A stretch of 64,000 nucleotides of DNA from Prorocentrum cordatum (GCA_963575745.1 CAUYUJ010000003.1:434001-498000); one strand, 5' to 3'. Numbered from the stretch's first letter, positions 39,720-53,082 are shown. Made by a program: numbers and translations. The notes: a model not told the origin generated them from the letters alone.

Positions 39720-42700
39720 CAAACATGGCCCGAATGTGTATCATAGCGAAGCGCGTGGTTGCCCAAAGAAAGAAGCCACCGTCATCAACAGGACGTGTGT
39801 CCTGCGAACGTGGCCGAAATTATGTGCAGAAAACGGGCTGTTGCTAGCAGTGCAAACACCGACTAATACACCCGAATCTGATCTCAAAACGAGCACCGCA
39901 GTTCCCCTGCGCGGCCGCCGAATCGGGCCCCAGCCGCGAGAACGCGAGGAGAGGAAAACAGCACCAGGTGCCCTAGCAGGCGACATAACAATTACACGAA
40001 CTGCAAGGAGGGGGAGAGGGACACAGAGAGAAACCGACAAACCGACACAAAAACACCCAAAAACACCCCAGGACCCGACAGACCCCGAGACCCACCCCAC
40101 CCCGGAGAAGGAGGAGAGGTCAATCTTGGCGTCGGCGTTTGCGCACTGCGCTGAGCAAAGACATGGCTTTGTCATGACCCCGGGCCCCTTCGCGGACGCA
40201 GCCGCGGAAAAGGCCACACCGGGGGCCAGTCCCAAGCGAATTGCTGGCAGTATGGGTGCGGTACAACGCATGCACGCTCAGGGCTCGGAGCGCCGAGGCA
40301 ACGGCACCGCCAACCGGAGGCTCGTCGATGCGCACTTGACGCGAAGCCGAAGCAATGAGGAAGACATCGCCGAGGGCCACGGCCGAGTCAGGGCGTTCCA
40401 GTCGAAACTGCTGCCGACACAGCTCATGATAGAGCGGGCATTTAGCGCAATGCTGGAGCGAATCGTCGGCGCGTGCGCAGCCGAGCACGCATTTACCACG
40501 CCGCAGGAACCTCCGTGCCGTCATCCAGCCGTTCAGGTTGGATCGCAATGCCGCGGCCAACAGCCGGGGCGGCGCCAGCGCCTCGATGCTGCCGAGGGCC
40601 CTTAATAGCCTCTGGCATCGGCGCCCCGGCAACGCAACGAGCCGCCAATGGTCTTGTCAAGCTGTCGCCGAAGGCCCGTTCGGCGGCAGCGGCGCAGGTC
40701 GGCTGCGTTGCCCGAAGGGCGCGCGCCTGCTACCCTTCCCTGCGGGGCTCCTCGGCGGACGGGTGGTGCAGCAATCTCGCGGAATCCTCCGATGCTGTGA
40801 ACGAGAGCACGGCGGCCTCCAATAATAATAAAAATGACAACGCGGCCCAAGCCCGGCGGGCGCCCAACCGCCGCGCGCCGTCAAGGTCGCGCATCGTCTC
40901 CCGGTGGGCCGTCGCGCGCGGCAGCCCGCGAAGTCCACCGCTGCTGTCGGCCTCGCGCGAAGTCACCCGCACCTTCGCGACGGTGGCAATGGTCTGGGCG
41001 CATGGGAAATTCCGGGGGAATCCGAATGTCGCGAGGGCCCGCAGCGCGTCGCCGGGCATCCAATCACACGGGCCCGGGAAGAGCTTTCGCAAAACACGTT
41101 TTTCCGACTGCCGTGAAACCGTCGGGGAGGGGGTCAGGCTGCGCGACGAAGGCGGTGACTGAAGCGACGAACGCGCGGTGGACCTCGATGGCGTGCATCA
41201 TGCCGGCCCCAAGCTGCCCGCGCACCGCCGCCCGGTCTTCCATCTTCTTGAAGGGGGGCTCCCAAGATTTGAGCCCGCGGCCAGGGCCAACGTAGACGCC
41301 AATACACTTGGCAACATCTGAAATTTCCAGCGCCCCCCAGAGCGGAACACCCCGCCGAATATGTCCTCGGACTTTTTCGTGGGAGAGCTGGCCGAACGGA
41401 ACAATAACTGTCTTGTGAACGTTGAGTCCCAGGCCAGACGCGCGAGCACACTCAGAGAAAACGCGTTCCAGCAGGCCGAGGCGCTGCATAGGGGCGGGTC
41501 GACGAACGCGGCGTCGTCGGCATGGGCGCGCAACGCGCCCGGCGCGACGGCCCGGGCCAGCCTGCGCAGCAACAGGTCCGCCGCGACAGCGAACGGCAGC
41601 CCGCCCCCGACGCCATGTTGGGCAGGAAGAACAACCAACTCGCGTTGAAGTCGTCGGCGCACCGCCCCATGAGGTCGGCTCCGTCGCCCCCCAGGAGAGC
41701 CTGGAAGACGCTCGAACAGGATCGTGGCAGACAGCCGCACGGTGACGCGCCAGGCCTGGAACGGGAACCCGTCGGGGCCAGGCGAAGAGATGCTGGACTG
41801 CCCAACGGCCGTGCGAACGCGAGAACGACGAAGCCTGAACCTGGGCGCGTCGAGCGGCGCTGAGTCCGACAGCGGGCGCGAGTCCTCGTCTTCGGCCACC
41901 CACTGGCGGAGGAGGTGATGGTCGACGCCCTTGGCCTTGAAGGAGGTGAACGCAGGGCGCTGGCCTTCGAGCCCAGATGCGTCGCTGCTTCTCCGCCGGG
42001 CAGCTCCGCGGCCGAGATGCCGCCGGCGCGACCGGGGGCCGGTCGATAAATGAGACGAGCGTCCCATTGACGGGCCTGGCCCGAACGAGCGCCATCCAAA
42101 CTCGCGGTCGGCGCGGGGCCGCCCCGACTCCTCGATGGCATGCACCCAGGCAAGTTGCACTGCGTGGAGCCGTGATCCGCGAAGCCGCTGCGCCACGTCC
42201 GCTTCGATGGCGCGCGGGTTGCCCGCCGCCCCCCGGTGGGCGGGCAGCCCTCGAAGCGGGCAGATCTCGTAGAGGCGCCCAGCCTCCGCCGCGCGAATGA
42301 ACTTCATCGCGCGCCCCAGCCGATCCTCCGCGCGGGCGGCGGGCGCAGGGGCAGAGCGCTCCGCCTCGATCCTGAGGGCGACCAGGCGCAGCGCGGCTGT
42401 GAGCGATCGCGGCCGCTCCGGCGCCAAGGCATCCGGCCAATCTTTGCAGGCCTCTTGGCACTCCAGCGCCGCTCTGCGGAGGAACGCCGGGTCGGCCAGG
42501 GCAAGGGTCGGGGGGGGCCGACATTGGTCGCCGCCGTCGCGCCCGGCGAAAACAAGACCGCGCGTCGGCGCGACGGGTCGCGCCGCCGCTCCAGGGCAGC
42601 GCATCGGACGCGCCTGCCCAATCGGTCCGCTAAGTGGTAATTGGCGTGAATCCGGTCGAGACGAGACCTCTCCGCAGCCGAAGCGAGGGCGGGCTCGCCT

Positions 42701-43400
42701 TGGCGCGTGTCCGCCAAGCCGTGCGGATCGCCAATGAGCGTCTTGAAATGACTCTCGCCCCGCGCGCCCAAGCGGCCGGCGCGCTCTATGGTGCCGACCG
42801 CCACCCTGTCCAAAGCGGCTGTGGCCCAATTGAAGCCCCATCCCAAAATCGCGAGGCCCTCCTCAGGGGGGGCCAGGGGAGAGCTGACCCTTGACCGTAG
42901 CAAAGAACGGAAGTCGAAGTACGAATGCGCAGCAGGGCGACGAGAGGACGGGGCACCCTCCATGTCGCACTCGCCAAGCTCGCGGCGGTGGCCCTCGCGC
43001 GCGCGCACCGCCGCGACGCCCAGGGCGACGAGCGGACCTCGCAGGCGCAACTTGGCGGCCCGACCCTTCCAAATACGAATCCGCCGGGGCGGTTCCGAGA
43101 ATTTCTGCAAGAAAGAACCCCGTGCGATCGCGCCGACGCCCGCTCGACCGCGGGGGGGCCCTCAGACCGCCAAGCGGCGGTGCCGCGGGGGGGCCTCCGG
43201 GTAGAATTGCTCGTTTCGGACCCGTGGGCCTCGGTGATCAAGCAGATATCGGACTTCGCCGTTGGCATGGAGACGTACCCAGAGGTCCGGTACTTGCTCG
43301 AGGCAGCCCACGAAAGCTTGGGCCGTCGTCGGAAGCCGGGGATCGAGGAACTCGAGTCTGTGAGTCCGGAGGCAACAACCGCCGAACGAGTGGGCCCTTG
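39720..43400 (-). mobile_element. Degenerate LINE (EN + internally deleted RT + Cys/His finger)
   Basis: DICLITEAHG and RSRLDRIH (EN); SSPGPDGFP, RAHADD, SGLGLNVHKT, AKCIGVYVG (RT); TARRF...CVLGC...SLQHCAKCP. Confidence 0.88.
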
Positions 43401-43404
43401 AAGC

Positions 43405-43790
43405 CACATACAATTCAATACATACATACGTATCTACATAGAGGTGTATAGGTATATATCCACACATACATGCGCATGTATGTGTGTATATGTATGTATG
43501 TATATCTCAAATGCACGAACATGTAATATACACGCACACACACGTGTATGTGCATACGTGCTTGTATATGGTAGTCATACTATATATATGTATATATATA
43601 CAACACATGTTTCAAGAAGTTACACATATATGTATTTATACATATAGAATTATACACATATGTACATGTGCATATATATATATGTATATATATATGTGTG
43701 TGTATGTAAACGGTATGATATGTTTCCGCAGCGTGCGGCACGCAGTCTCCCGACGGGTGGAAAACGTCAAATTGAATCCATATATACAAG
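43405..43790. repeat. TA/TG/CA-rich tract
   Basis: Directly visible; left boundary of the plus-strand gene block. Confidence 0.9.
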
Positions 43791-44629
43791 ACTAAGCGGC
43801 GGCGCTGTCGCCGCGATGCGGTTCGTGAGCATGAGGCCACTGTCACCGCGCACGCACGGGTAGGATGAGCAGGGGGTGGAGGAGATAAAAGGAGGGGGGA
43901 GGGGCGTCGACGTCGCTGGCCCCGACGTCGTCGTCGAAGTGGACGTCGACGCCCCCTTCTGTTATTCCGCCAACGCCGATGTTATCGTTCTTCCGTCGAC
44001 GTCCACAACGACGACGACGTCGGGGCAAACGACGTCGGCGCCGACGTCGGGGCAAACGACGGCAGCGCGACCGTTCAAGGTTGACCGCCGCCCAGGATCC
44101 AGAATCGGCCCGCGGGGTGCCAGAAACCAACGCTGTCGTCGCGCCGCCGCCGTCGTCGGCGATCCTCGTCGTCCGTCATCTGCGTCCTCGTCGCTGCTTG
44201 TTCCGCAGCTGGCCCCATGGTCAAGCTGCCCGCCCATTGCCAAGCAACCCCTTTGTGCCCTCGGGGAAGGGACCTGTGGGTGCGCCGCGGCTGGGCCATG
44301 CCTCTCGGGCCCCCGCCGCCCGCCTCCGCCGCCGAGGGAGAGGCTTCAGGAGAGGAGGTGATGACGGACGCGGAGGACGGCGAGGAGATGCATTGCGCGG
44401 GCGCTGCATTTCACGGCGCCATGGAGCGCATCATCGGGCCCGAGACGACGCAGGCAATCATGGCGTCTGGTGGCCCGCCTCGCGAGCGGGGGAGCGGAGA
44501 GGGAGGGGGCGGGTGTGCCTTCTTGCTTGCTCTGATCCGCTTGCCCTCCTCCTTCCCCGTCGCACCCTCCCCCGCCCGCCCGCCACTGGCCCCCGCCCTG
44601 CCTCGGAGGTCGTTGGAGAGGCTCGCCGC

Positions 44630-44985
44630 GACGCATCGGCAGGGCATTGACGAGCGGTCGACGTCGGCCGATCGTCGGCGATGCATCGGAGATGCGTCCG
44701 TTCGGCGATGGAGGGGGACCCCGCGACGCATCGGCGGGGCATCGATGAGCGGTCGACGTCGGCCGATCGTCGGCGATGCATCGGAGATGCGTCCGTTCGG
44801 CGATGGAGGGGGACCCCGCGACGCATCGGCGGGGCATCGATGAGCGGTCGACGTCGGCCGATCGTCGGCGATGCATCGGAGATGCGTCCGTTCGGCGATG
44901 GAGGGGGACCCCGCGACGCATCGGCGGGGCATCGATGAGCGGTCGACGTCGGCCGATCGTCGGCGATGCATCGGAGATGCGTCGA
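44630..44985. repeat. 95-bp tandem repeat (~3.7 copies) rich in CG palindromes
   Basis: Unit gacgcatcggcggggcatcgatgagcggtcgacgtcggccgatcg... repeats with period 95. Confidence 0.92.
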
Positions 44986-45213
44986 CGGCGATGCGTCGGC
45001 GATGCGAAGGCCAATCCCCGCCCCCCCCCCGCAATGTATCGGCGTTGCGTCGGTGATCGGTCGGCGTCGGCCGATCGGCCGGCGTTGACGGTCGGCGGCT
45101 GTCTCGACGATGCGTCGGCGATGCGAATGCGAGTCGGTGGATCGTGCGTCATCAGGGTCATTGCTGCGATTGTCCACAACATTTTTTGTTCGCAGCTTTG
45201 TTTTTGTGCAGCG

Positions 45214-47227
45214 ATGGCAAAACCGCGTTCTTGCTGCACGTCGGTCGACGCCATTCGGGACGCGCTGGTGCCGTTCGCGAACAACCCAGAGTTCTTCGTG
45301 TACGGCACCTCGCCTGGCGAAGACAGGTTCGACCACAATGCGTTCTTGCGCATGAAGGCGTCCGCCAAGGACGCCCATCAGCGGCGACGACGTCGGCGAC
45401 GACGACGGCGATGACGTTGCTGGCATCGGCGTCGTCACTCGCCGTCGACTCGTCGTCCTCGACGTCGACCGTCGTCCGTCGTTGTCGTCGGCCCCGTCGC
45501 CGACTCGTCGCCGCCGTCGCCCGTCGTCGTCGGCTCGACGTCGCCCTCGACAGAAGGGAAACGCGACGACGAGCCGACGGCGACGGGCGACGGCGGCGAC
45601 GAGTCGGCGACGGGGCCGATGACAACGACGGACGATGGTCGACGTCGAGGACGACGAGTCGACGGCGAGTGACGGCGGCTTCCCCGCCTCAGATGATCGC
45701 GTCACTGGAGTCCGTGGCTGGGAACCTGAGCTTCTCGCCCGAGGCCACGAGGAAGGCCTGCGCGCTGGTGGCGCGGCAGCAGCAGCAGAACAAGAAGGTT
45801 TCGAAGCACTGGCAGTTCGCTGACGAGAAAGCCCTGGACGCGTGGGCGGACAAGATGTCAGCCAGGCCGCTTCAGACAAATAAGGAAGCGACGAGGGGAT
45901 GGCGGAGTGTAGGGGATGAGATGTGGAGGTCTAGGCGGAGGAGGGAAGAGGAGGGGGATGAGGGGTGAGGGGGTGAGGGGGAGAACGTGGGGGGGAGAAG
46001 GGGGGGCGCGGCGGGCCGTTTTGAAGCCCGTTGGGTTGCCTCCCCACCCCCGCCCACATGGGGGCGCGAAGATAATCGCGCGTCGCGCGGTCTGGGCCAG
46101 AGGGCCGCCCTCCTCCAGGGCGGCGGCGGGAGAGCGCGAAGGTAACCGCGCGTCGCGCATCGCGGGGCGCGATGCGCGAAGATAGGCTGCCTGGTCTCGG
46201 GCCCCCCCAGGACAACGAATCGCCCCCCATCGAATCGTCGTCGTCGTCGTCCGACCCGAGGTTGAGGTCCATGTGCAAGCACCTCTACGACCCGCTGCGC
46301 AGGGAGCGGGAGCCCAACCTCAGTGCGCCGAAGTGGCTCACCGAGCTCAGGCAGCTGATGGGCGCGGCTGCGCCGCCGCCGCCAATGCCCGCCGCCGACT
46401 GGGACCCGTCCCTCGGCGTCGCGGTGCGCGTCGGCACGGGCGAGTCCAAGAGCTTCCGCGAGTTCTCGGCCAAGGGCGGCGACTTCGACCCCGTGGAGGT
46501 CGTCTGGGCGGACGGCAGCGCCTCCAGCCTGAGCACGCTCACCGTCAGTGCGTGGAAGTCCCTTCTCAGTGACGCCGAGGCGGCTAGCGGTGGCAAGATC
46601 AAAAAGAGCCTCACTGTCTGGGAAACTCAGAGCGACGTCGGCAAGGTGCGGGTCGCCTACAAGGCCCTCAACCCTGGTGAGCAAGGCGTTGTCATCTACA
46701 TCGACGGCGGGCAAAAAGTCCAACTCAGCTTGAACAAGATCCCCGAGTCGGTGGCCTTAGAGTGGCTAACGCAGAAAGCGAAGCTGCTCAGCAAGAATGA
46801 GACGTCGGTCGAGGAAGTGAAAAAGGAAAAGATGAAGTTGGACGCCAAGTACCCGCTCAAGTCCAAGAAGAAGCCAGCAGCGAAGGTGACCACGCAGAGT
46901 GACGGTTGCAAGGACCCCGACGGGGCCGACCCCGACGGAGAGGGCGGCGAGAGGAAGGCCAGCGAGGAGGAGGAGCAGCAGGAGGAGGAGGAGGAAGAGG
47001 ATGAGAATGAGGAGGACAACGAAGACGGCGAGGCATCCGCTGGCCGCCCCATGAAGCGGAGCAAGACGGCGGCGAGCCTGGGGCCCGCCAAGAAGAGGCC
47101 AGCGGGCACGACCACGGCAACGGCGGCCAGAAAGAAGCCAGCGGCCCAGGCCCAGCAGGCAGAGGAGGATGTCGGCGAAGATGGCGAAGAGGAGGAAGAG
47201 GAAGATGAAGAGGAGGAGGAGGTCGAG

Positions 47228-47265
<38 letters not shown>

Positions 47266-47431
47266 CGACGCCGAGAAAGAGGAGGAAGATGAGGAGGCTG
47301 AGGACGAGGAGGGAGAGGATGAGGACGAGGCTGGCCCCGCAGCGAGGAAGAGGCCAGCTGCCGCGGGCATGATCACCATGCCCCCGCCGCCAGGCGCCGA
47401 CTCCATGCGGTCTCGATTCGCGGCTGAGTGA
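45214..47431 (+). CDS. Gene A: ~495-aa hypothetical protein with KKPAA/KRPAA motifs and a long acidic tail; exons 45214-45357, 45693-45865, 46261-47431
   Basis: Two GC-AG introns splice in frame (144+173+1171=1488 nt); T-rich tract and CAG directly before the ATG; strong GC3 bias. Confidence 0.75.
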
Positions 47432-47968
47432 GGGTCGGGGCGGCGCGGGGGCGGCGCGGCCTCCAGCTTCTGCAGCGCGCCTGCCTGCGGGGGCCGGTGG
47501 CGGCCGAGAGCCCGAGATCGGAGGGCGGGATGTGGAGGGATGGGGGCGCGGGCGGAGAGAGGGGGTGGATGGAGAGGGGAGGTGGAGGGATGGGGTGCAT
47601 ACATAAGAAGAGCCGCGGGCCGCTCCGCGTTTCACTCTGAAGACGCCCGCAGGATGCCCCTTCGGTTCGGACAGCGTGCAGACCTCAATGCATCTGATAT
47701 CGCCGCCATCTTCCCCTCCCCCCCATCGTCGATTGCAGCGGCGCCGATCCTAGATCACCCCCAGGGGCGCGAAGATAACCGCGCCTCGCGCGTCGCGGCC
47801 TTGGCCAGAGAGCCGCCCTTCTCCAGGGCGGCGGCGGGGGGGGTGGGGGCGCGAAGGTAACCGCGCGTCGCGCATCGCGGGGCGCGATGCGAGAAGATAG
47901 GCGATCTAGCGATCGGTCGGCGTCTGAACGTTCGCGCCCGTGTCAACCACGTCCGTCCTCTGCGTGCG

Positions 47969-50900
47969 ATGTGTGCTCTCACTCCCCTTACTCTGTCGCC
48001 CTCCGACCTCGGGTCTTCGCTCCAGCCAGGTAGCGGCGCTTCGAGGGCGGACGTGAGCGAGAGGGAGGCGGAGGTCCAGGCGCTGCAGCGCGACTTCGCC
48101 GATCTCGCGAGGCAGCGCATCGCGTTGACGATGTGGTCCAGGGACAAGGATATCCTCGGCTCGCCCGCCGCCCAGCCCCGCCACCAGGCCCCCGTCGAGC
48201 TCCCCGTCTCCGTGGGCTCGTCCGACACCGAGAGTGCGCCCGCTGAGCAGCAATCGCCCAAGGGGCTGGCGGCGCCCAGTGATGCCGAGGGGGCCCCGTC
48301 GGAGTCGATCGACGGCGAGCCCCTGTCGGCGCAGGACATGGCGAACGAGGCGACATCTTCGCAGCCAGTCGCCCAGGGCGTCAGCAAGGAGATGGAGGAG
48401 TCGGCGGCGGCTTCGCATCCAGTCGACAGCCAGCCGTCGATGGCCGCTGCGGAGGAGGCGGCGGCTTCGCAGCCAGCCGTCGAGGAAGATGGCCAGGAGA
48501 TCGAGGAGTCAGCCGAGCAGCGCAGGGAGCGCCGCCGCGCCAAGAGGGCCGCTGCGGAGGAGGCGGCGGCTTCGCAGCAGGTCGCCGAGGGCGGTGCCCA
48601 GGAGGTCGAGGAGTCGGCCGAGCAGCGCAAGGAGCGCCGCCGCGCCGAGAGGGCCGCTGCGAAGGAGGCGGCGGCTTCGCATCATATGGCCGATGACGGC
48701 GGCCAGGAGATCGAGGAGTCGGCCGAGCAGCGCAGAGAGCGCCGCCACGCCGAGAAGGCCAGCAAGAGGAAGGAGGCGGCGGCTTCGCAGCAGGTCGCCG
48801 ATGACGGCGGCCAGGAGATCGAGGAGTCGGCCGAACAGCGCAGGGAGCGCCGCCGCGCCGAGAGGGCCGCTGCGAAGGAGGCGGCGGCTTCGCAGCAGGT
48901 CGCCGAGGGCGGCGGCCAGGAGGTCGAGGAGTCGGCCGAGCAGCGCAAGGAGCGCCGCCGCGCCGAGAGGGCCGCTGCGAAGGAGGCGGCGGCTTCGCAG
49001 CAGGTCGCCCAGGAGGGCGCCCAGGAGGTTGAGGAGTCGGCCGAGCAGCGCAAGGAGCGCCGCCGCGCCAAGAGGGCCGCTGCGGAGGAGGCGGCGGCTT
49101 CGCATGAAGTCGCCACGACCGATGGCCAGGATGACGAGGAGACCCGCGAGCAGCGCAAGGCGCGCCGCCGCGCCGAGAGCGCGAGGGCTGCGATGGACAC
49201 CCTGGGGGCCCCCGACACTGGCATGGACCTGCTCGGCGCCAACGGCTTCATCACGCCCTCGCCTCGTCATGGGACGTCGACGGGGATGCCTCCTCCCTCC
49301 GTTCCTCCTTCATCCTCCCTGACTGCCTCATCCCTCCTTGATTCCCCTCTCTGGTCCTCCTCCAGGGGGGCCGAAATCCAGAGTGGCCCGAACGACTCAC
49401 CTCCTCCTCCTCCTCCTCCTCCTCCTCCTCCTCCTCCTCCTTCCTCCTCTCGCTCCTCCCCCTCCTTCGCCCTCCTCCTCCTCCTCCTCCTCCTCCTCCT
49501 CCTCCTTCCTCCTCTCGCCAGTCGTTTGGACCCCTCCTCTCCCTCCTCCTCCTCCTCCTCCTCCTTCCCCTCTCGCTCCTCCCCCTCCTTCGCCCTCCTC
49601 GGTCATCCGTGAACTCCACGCCCATGAAGATGGCGATGGATGCCGAGCGCGGGCTGCTGCTTGCGAGCCATGAGAGGGCGATGTCCGAACCTGGGTCATT
49701 GGCGGAAGGCTACGAGAAGGCTGAGTTCGTCCCGCGCAAGCCTGGCGACGACGCGCAGGAGAAGGACAAGTCCGAGGAGATCGCGAGCATCGAGGCCAAG
49801 CTCGACGGCGTCAAGGGCAAGCGCGGTGAGCACGGCGACCTCCTCATCCGCCTCTACAAGGCCAAGGGCGCGGCGAACTTCCTGAAGAGGTCGCCGCTCG
49901 GCAACCGCATGGATAGGGAGATCAAGAACGACCAGCAGCTCAAGCGGAAGTATGATTTGGACATGTCGAAGGACAAGATCGACTTCAAGCAGGAGTGGAT
50001 CGACGCGAAGTACGCTGAGCTGGAGCCTACCGTGACGCGCTCGTACACGGAGAAGCACAAGTTAGATTGGCGCGAGACGGGCGTGCTCATGAGCTTCCTC
50101 AGGATGCTATACGAGGAAGGCGGTCCAGCTGGGCAGACGGATCCAGGTGCGATTGCCGCCTGCGTGAAGACATGCAGGCGGTGCATCGACCTCGGATATC
50201 CTTATGCCCAGCTGGACCCGCAAAACGGGACGCTCAAGTTCATGCACTTCAAGATTACGTGGCAGGACAGCTTTGAGAAGGTGTGGATGAAGACGCTCGA
50301 GCAGCGGCAGGAGCCGCCCAGGGCTGATGCCGAGGAGGACGAGACCGCCAAGGACGGCGCGAGGAGGAGGAGGGCGACAGGAGATGCTGGAGGAGGAGGA
50401 GGAGGAGGGCGCGGCGCCGCCACGCCAGGCAAGAAGACGGCAGGCCCTGAGGTCAAGGCGCTGGCCGACGCCAAGAAGACCATCGAGTCGAGCAAGAAGT
50501 TGCTGGCGTCGGCGGAGTCCTTGGTGAGCGACATCAACAGCGAGGAGGACTGGTGCTGGGCGCGCACGAAGGCGGTGGGCGGCGACATCGGGGAGAAGAT
50601 CGACGGGCTGAAGGGCGCGCGGAAGCGGACCCTCCTCGGCGGCATGCTCATGTCCAACACGGACGTGGGCCAGGATCGCCTCATGTTGTCTTTCTCCTCC
50701 TCCCTCCTCCTCCATCCTCCTCCTCATCCTCACCCCGTCCTCCTCCTCGCCCTCCTTTTCCCCCCCTCCTCCCCGCCCCGCCCTCGGCCCTCTCCCCTCC
50801 AACGCGGACGTGGGCCAGGCTCGCCTCATGTTGTCTTTCTCCTCCTCCCTTCTCCTCCATCCCCCTCCTCACCCTCACCCCATCCTCCTCCTCGCCCTCC

Positions 50901-51609
50901 TTTTCCCCCCCCCTCCTCACCGCCCCGCCCTCGGCCCTCTCCCCTGCAACACGGACGTGGGCCAGGATCGCCTCATGTTGTCTTCCTCCTCCTCCCACCT
51001 CCTCCATCCTCCTCCTCATCCTCACCCCATCCTCCTCCTCGCCCTCCTTTTCCCTCCCCCTCCCCGCCCCGCCCTCGGCCCTCTCCCCTCCCTCCCCCCC
51101 CCCCACCCCTCGCTCCCCCCTCCCCCCGCTCGCCACACTCCCCCTCCAGAACCGCCGTCCCCCACCCCGCCGCCGCGCGAGATCAAGCAGCGCCTCACCA
51201 AGCAGCAGATCATCGACCAGGCCGCCAAGGTGATTGGTCTCGAGGCGCCTGCGCGCGGCTTGGGAGGGGATGCGACGGGGGATGAGGGGGAGGATGGGGG
51301 AATGGGGAGGGGACGAGGAGGACGGGGGTGGGGTCCAAGAGGAGGAGGGGGATGATGAGGAATTAAGGAGGATGGAGGATTGACGGGGTGGGTATCGGCA
51401 GCGACGTCGACGGCGTGCGATCCCCCTCCCCCGCCCCGCTGCCCGCTTGCCGACGGCAGGCTGACATGAGCGCCCTCGAGTCTGCCGTGCAGATGGCGCA
51501 GTCCATGCACGCTTCGAGGCATGGGAAGGGGGATAGCTCGCGCAAGAGGAAGGGCGGCGGCGGCGGCGGCGGTGATGAGGATCGCCCTAGGCGTCGCCGC
51601 AACACGTGA
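47969..51609 (+). CDS. Gene B: large hypothetical protein with 35-aa charged repeats and a globular C-terminal half; exons ~47969-49258, 49624-50664, 51182-51229(or 51244), 51460-51609
   Basis: 105-nt coding repeats; open GC3-rich frame 49624-50664; GT donor at 50665 and AG acceptors at 51181 and 51459 keep the frame. The first junction is uncertain. Confidence 0.65.
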
Positions 51610-52405
51610 GCGCATGCAGAGTTGACATGGGGGCCCTCAGGCCGTGAGCAGGCTTGGGCTATAGCCAGGCTCGGGGCGTGAGGCAGGGGTCTTTCAGGCC
51701 GTTCGGCCGCGAGCCGCGTTGGGCAATCCTCGATGCTTGCGCGATCGGCATTTTGCCCGATTTAAGCGGGCTCAGCGCGGCGACGCCGCTGCGCCTGAGG
51801 GGGGTGCGATCGATGAGGGACCCCGGAGGTTCATCGATGATCATCGATGAGCGGGGGCACGAACCTCGATACATGTCGCAGATGCGACGATGAGCTCATC
51901 GAGGGTCATCGATGAGCGATCGATGATCATCGATGAGCTCCCTTCTGTTCGGAGGAGGAGGGGGAGGCCAGGTTCCCCTCCATCCTCCCTGGCCAGGTTC
52001 CCCTTCCCCTGGCCTAGGAGGATGGAGGGGGAGGGAGAGGGGGTGGATGGGAGAGATAGGGTGTGAGGGAAGAGAGGTGAGGAGGGGGAGAGTGAGGGGA
52101 TAGTTCGGCGCAAGTCGGCCCACCGCCCCTGGCGCGCGCGTGGCGAGCCTGGATCCACAGCTTCTGGCGCGGACAGCTCCTGCGGCGCGGGCGAATGAGA
52201 GCGGTGGCGTCGGCGACGGCGACGATCGGGCCGAGGCCACATTCCTGGGGCGCGCTCTGGCCAGAATGTTTGAAGAGGGATCCAGACGCGGCGACGATCG
52301 GGCCGAGGCCGCATTCCTGGGGCGCGCTCTGGCCAGAATGTCTGAAGAGCGAGGGATCCAGCCGTGGCGACGAGAAACCCCAGCGATGTCATTCCTGGGG
52401 CGCAC

Positions 52406-52797
52406 ACAGCTCACACTTCGAAGGGCGTATTCGAGAGCTTGGACCTGTCCGTCGTCAATCCCGCCCACGGGCCCTCGGACCCCCCCCCTCCGCGTTCTCT
52501 GACCAGACCCTCGAACGGGGGATCCATCCGTGGCGACGAGAACCCCGACGACGTCATTCCTGGATTCCTGAGGGGCGCTCTGCCCAGAATTTCGGACGGA
52601 GGGACAGCTCACACTTCGAAGGGCGCATTCGAATGCTTGGACCTGTCCGTCGTCAATCCCGCCCACGGGCCCTCGGACCCCCCCCCTCCGCGTTCTCTGA
52701 CCAGACATTCGAACGGGGGATCCATCCGTGGCGACGAGAACCCCGACGACGTCATTCCTGGATTCCTGAGGGGCGCTCTGCCCAGAATTTCGGACGG
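52406..52797. repeat. 198-bp tandem duplication
   Basis: acagctcacacttcgaagggcg recurs at 52406 and 52604. Confidence 0.9.
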
Positions 52798-52989
52798 GGG
52801 GTCCAGCCGCGGCGACGGCGAGAAGCCCCGACGACGTCAGCCCTGGGGCACGCTCTGCGGCGGACGGAGGACCCCGTCGCGGCGGCAAGAGGTGATCGGA
52901 TCCGAGGGCAGCGGTTCTGTCGGCAGCGACGGCGTCGTCGTCTCGGCGCGTCGTCGTCGCCTCGTCGTCGTCGTCGTCGTCGTCGTCGC

Positions 52990-53045
<56 letters not shown>

Positions 53046-53082
53046 GGTCGTGGTCGTGGTCGTCGTCGTCGTCGTCGTCGTT

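Noticed and set aside
44361..44470. Short coding-like stretch MTDAEDGEEMHCAG... as a fourth gene of the block
   Set aside because: No convincing downstream exon could be joined.
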